Virus record (IMG/VR): IMGVR_UViG_2526164629_000027
DNA: 37,247 nt
Reading direction: 5' to 3' (one strand)
Origin: a virus
Taxonomy: Duplodnaviria > Heunggongvirae > Uroviricota > Caudoviricetes
Positions within the stretch are counted from its first letter, which is position 1. Each line of letters opens with the position of its first letter. The position numbers were made by a program, and so were the translations under genes. The notes under the pieces are model-generated. The model saw only the letters and a list, made by a program, of their open reading frames with translations. It ran no database searches and was not told the DNA's origin. Positions 36,245 to 37,247 of this stretch are shown here, one piece after another.

Positions 36245-36331
36245 TGGTACCCGGAGCGGGACTTGAACCCGCACAGCGCGAACGCCGAGGGATTTTAAAT
36301 CCCTTGTGTCTACCGATTCCACCATCCGGGC
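36245..36331 (-). tRNA. leuZ: tRNA-Leu (anticodon UAA)
   Basis: 87-nt minus-strand sequence gcccggatggtggaatcggtagacacaagggatttaaaatccc...gggtacca with long variable arm and CCA end. Confidence 0.9.
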
Positions 36332-36343
36332 TCGGGAAGAAAG

Positions 36344-36417
36344 TGGAGGCGCGTTCCGGAGTCGAACCGGACTAGACGGATTTGCAATCCGCTACATAAC
36401 CGCTTTGTTAACGCGCC
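36344..36417 (-). tRNA. cysT: tRNA-Cys (anticodon GCA)
   Basis: 74-nt minus-strand sequence ggcgcgttaacaaagcggttatgtagcggattgcaaatccg...cgcctcca. Confidence 0.9.
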
Positions 36418-36471
36418 AAATTCTTCAGGCCTTTCAGCCAGACATCCGCTTGACGCCGATGTCTTTTAAAC

Positions 36472-36547
<76 letters not shown>

Positions 36548-36698
36548 ATTCATCAAGCAATCAGTTAATCACTTGATTTTATTATCGTCTGGCAATCAGT
36601 GCCGCCGTTCGATGCGTTGCATTCTACTTACCTGGCGCGATGAGTCAACGATATTTTTCACCACTTTTGATCGTTTGCTGAAAATTACGCCGAAACGA

Positions 36699-37247
36699 TC
36701 ACTGATCAAGCAAATCTGCACGCGCAGCGCTCAAATATTGCAACATTGACCACAGAGTCAGTACCGCAGCCACAAAGAAAAGTGCAATACCGGCGTACTC
36801 AACCCAAATGTTCGGACGCCACAGCAGCCAGGCCAACGCCACCATCTGGGCAGTGGTTTTCACTTTCCCAATCCAAGAGACAGCCACGCTACTGCGTTTA
36901 CCCAACTCCGCCATCCATTCGCGTAGCGCAGAAATAATAATTTCACGGGCGATCATCGTTGCCGCCGGTAGGGTCACCCACCAGCTGTGATAATGCTCGG
37001 TTACCAGCACCATGGCGATAGCCACGAGAACTTTATCTGCTACAGGGTCAAGGAAAGCACCAAACCGGGTACTCTGGTTCCAGCGGCGTGCCAGAAAACC
37101 ATCGAACCAGTCAGTCACCGCCGCGACGCAGAAAATGAGCGCGGCGGCAAACGGCGACCAGGTGACAGGCAGATAAAAGACCAATACAAAGAATGGGATA
37201 AGGATGACACGGAACAGTGTAAGCAACGTAGGGATATTAAATTGCAT
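36699..37247 (-). CDS. pgsA: CDP-diacylglycerol--glycerol-3-phosphate 3-phosphatidyltransferase
   Basis: 182 aa; translation [21 protein letters not shown]...[10 protein letters not shown] matches enterobacterial PgsA as I recall it; sits upstream of glyW-cysT-leuZ as in E. coli. Confidence 0.85.

Overview
Almost the whole window (about 1-35,000) is a temperate P2/186-family prophage, followed on the right by host chromosome (a Hok-like toxin ORF, the leuZ-cysT-glyW tRNA operon and pgsA). All calls rest on reading the supplied translations and sequence by eye; no database search or HMM was run. The prophage runs: 186-like integrase, two lysogeny-side cargo genes, CI-like repressor, rightward early operon, rolling-circle replication protein A, an AT-rich cargo cassette, then the complete head, lysis, baseplate, tail-fibre and tail modules, ending with D and the Ogr-type zinc-finger activator. 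The most interesting region is the AT-rich cassette at 9,067-11,700, between gene A and the portal gene, where P2-like phages are known to carry variable anti-phage cargo. It encodes a protein with a histidine-kinase-like (GHKL) ATPase N-box, a small protein with a STAS-like Ser motif, and a bitopic membrane protein; I do not recognise it as a described defence system. Other points of note: a hexapeptide acetyltransferase inserted next to the tail-fibre genes, apparent frameshifts in A-runs in both the tail-fibre gene and its chaperone, a tail block inverted relative to canonical P2, a conserved E/E' slippery site, and an 18-bp perfect palindrome. Exact start codons are uncertain for several genes, and the prophage right boundary and cos site were not located.
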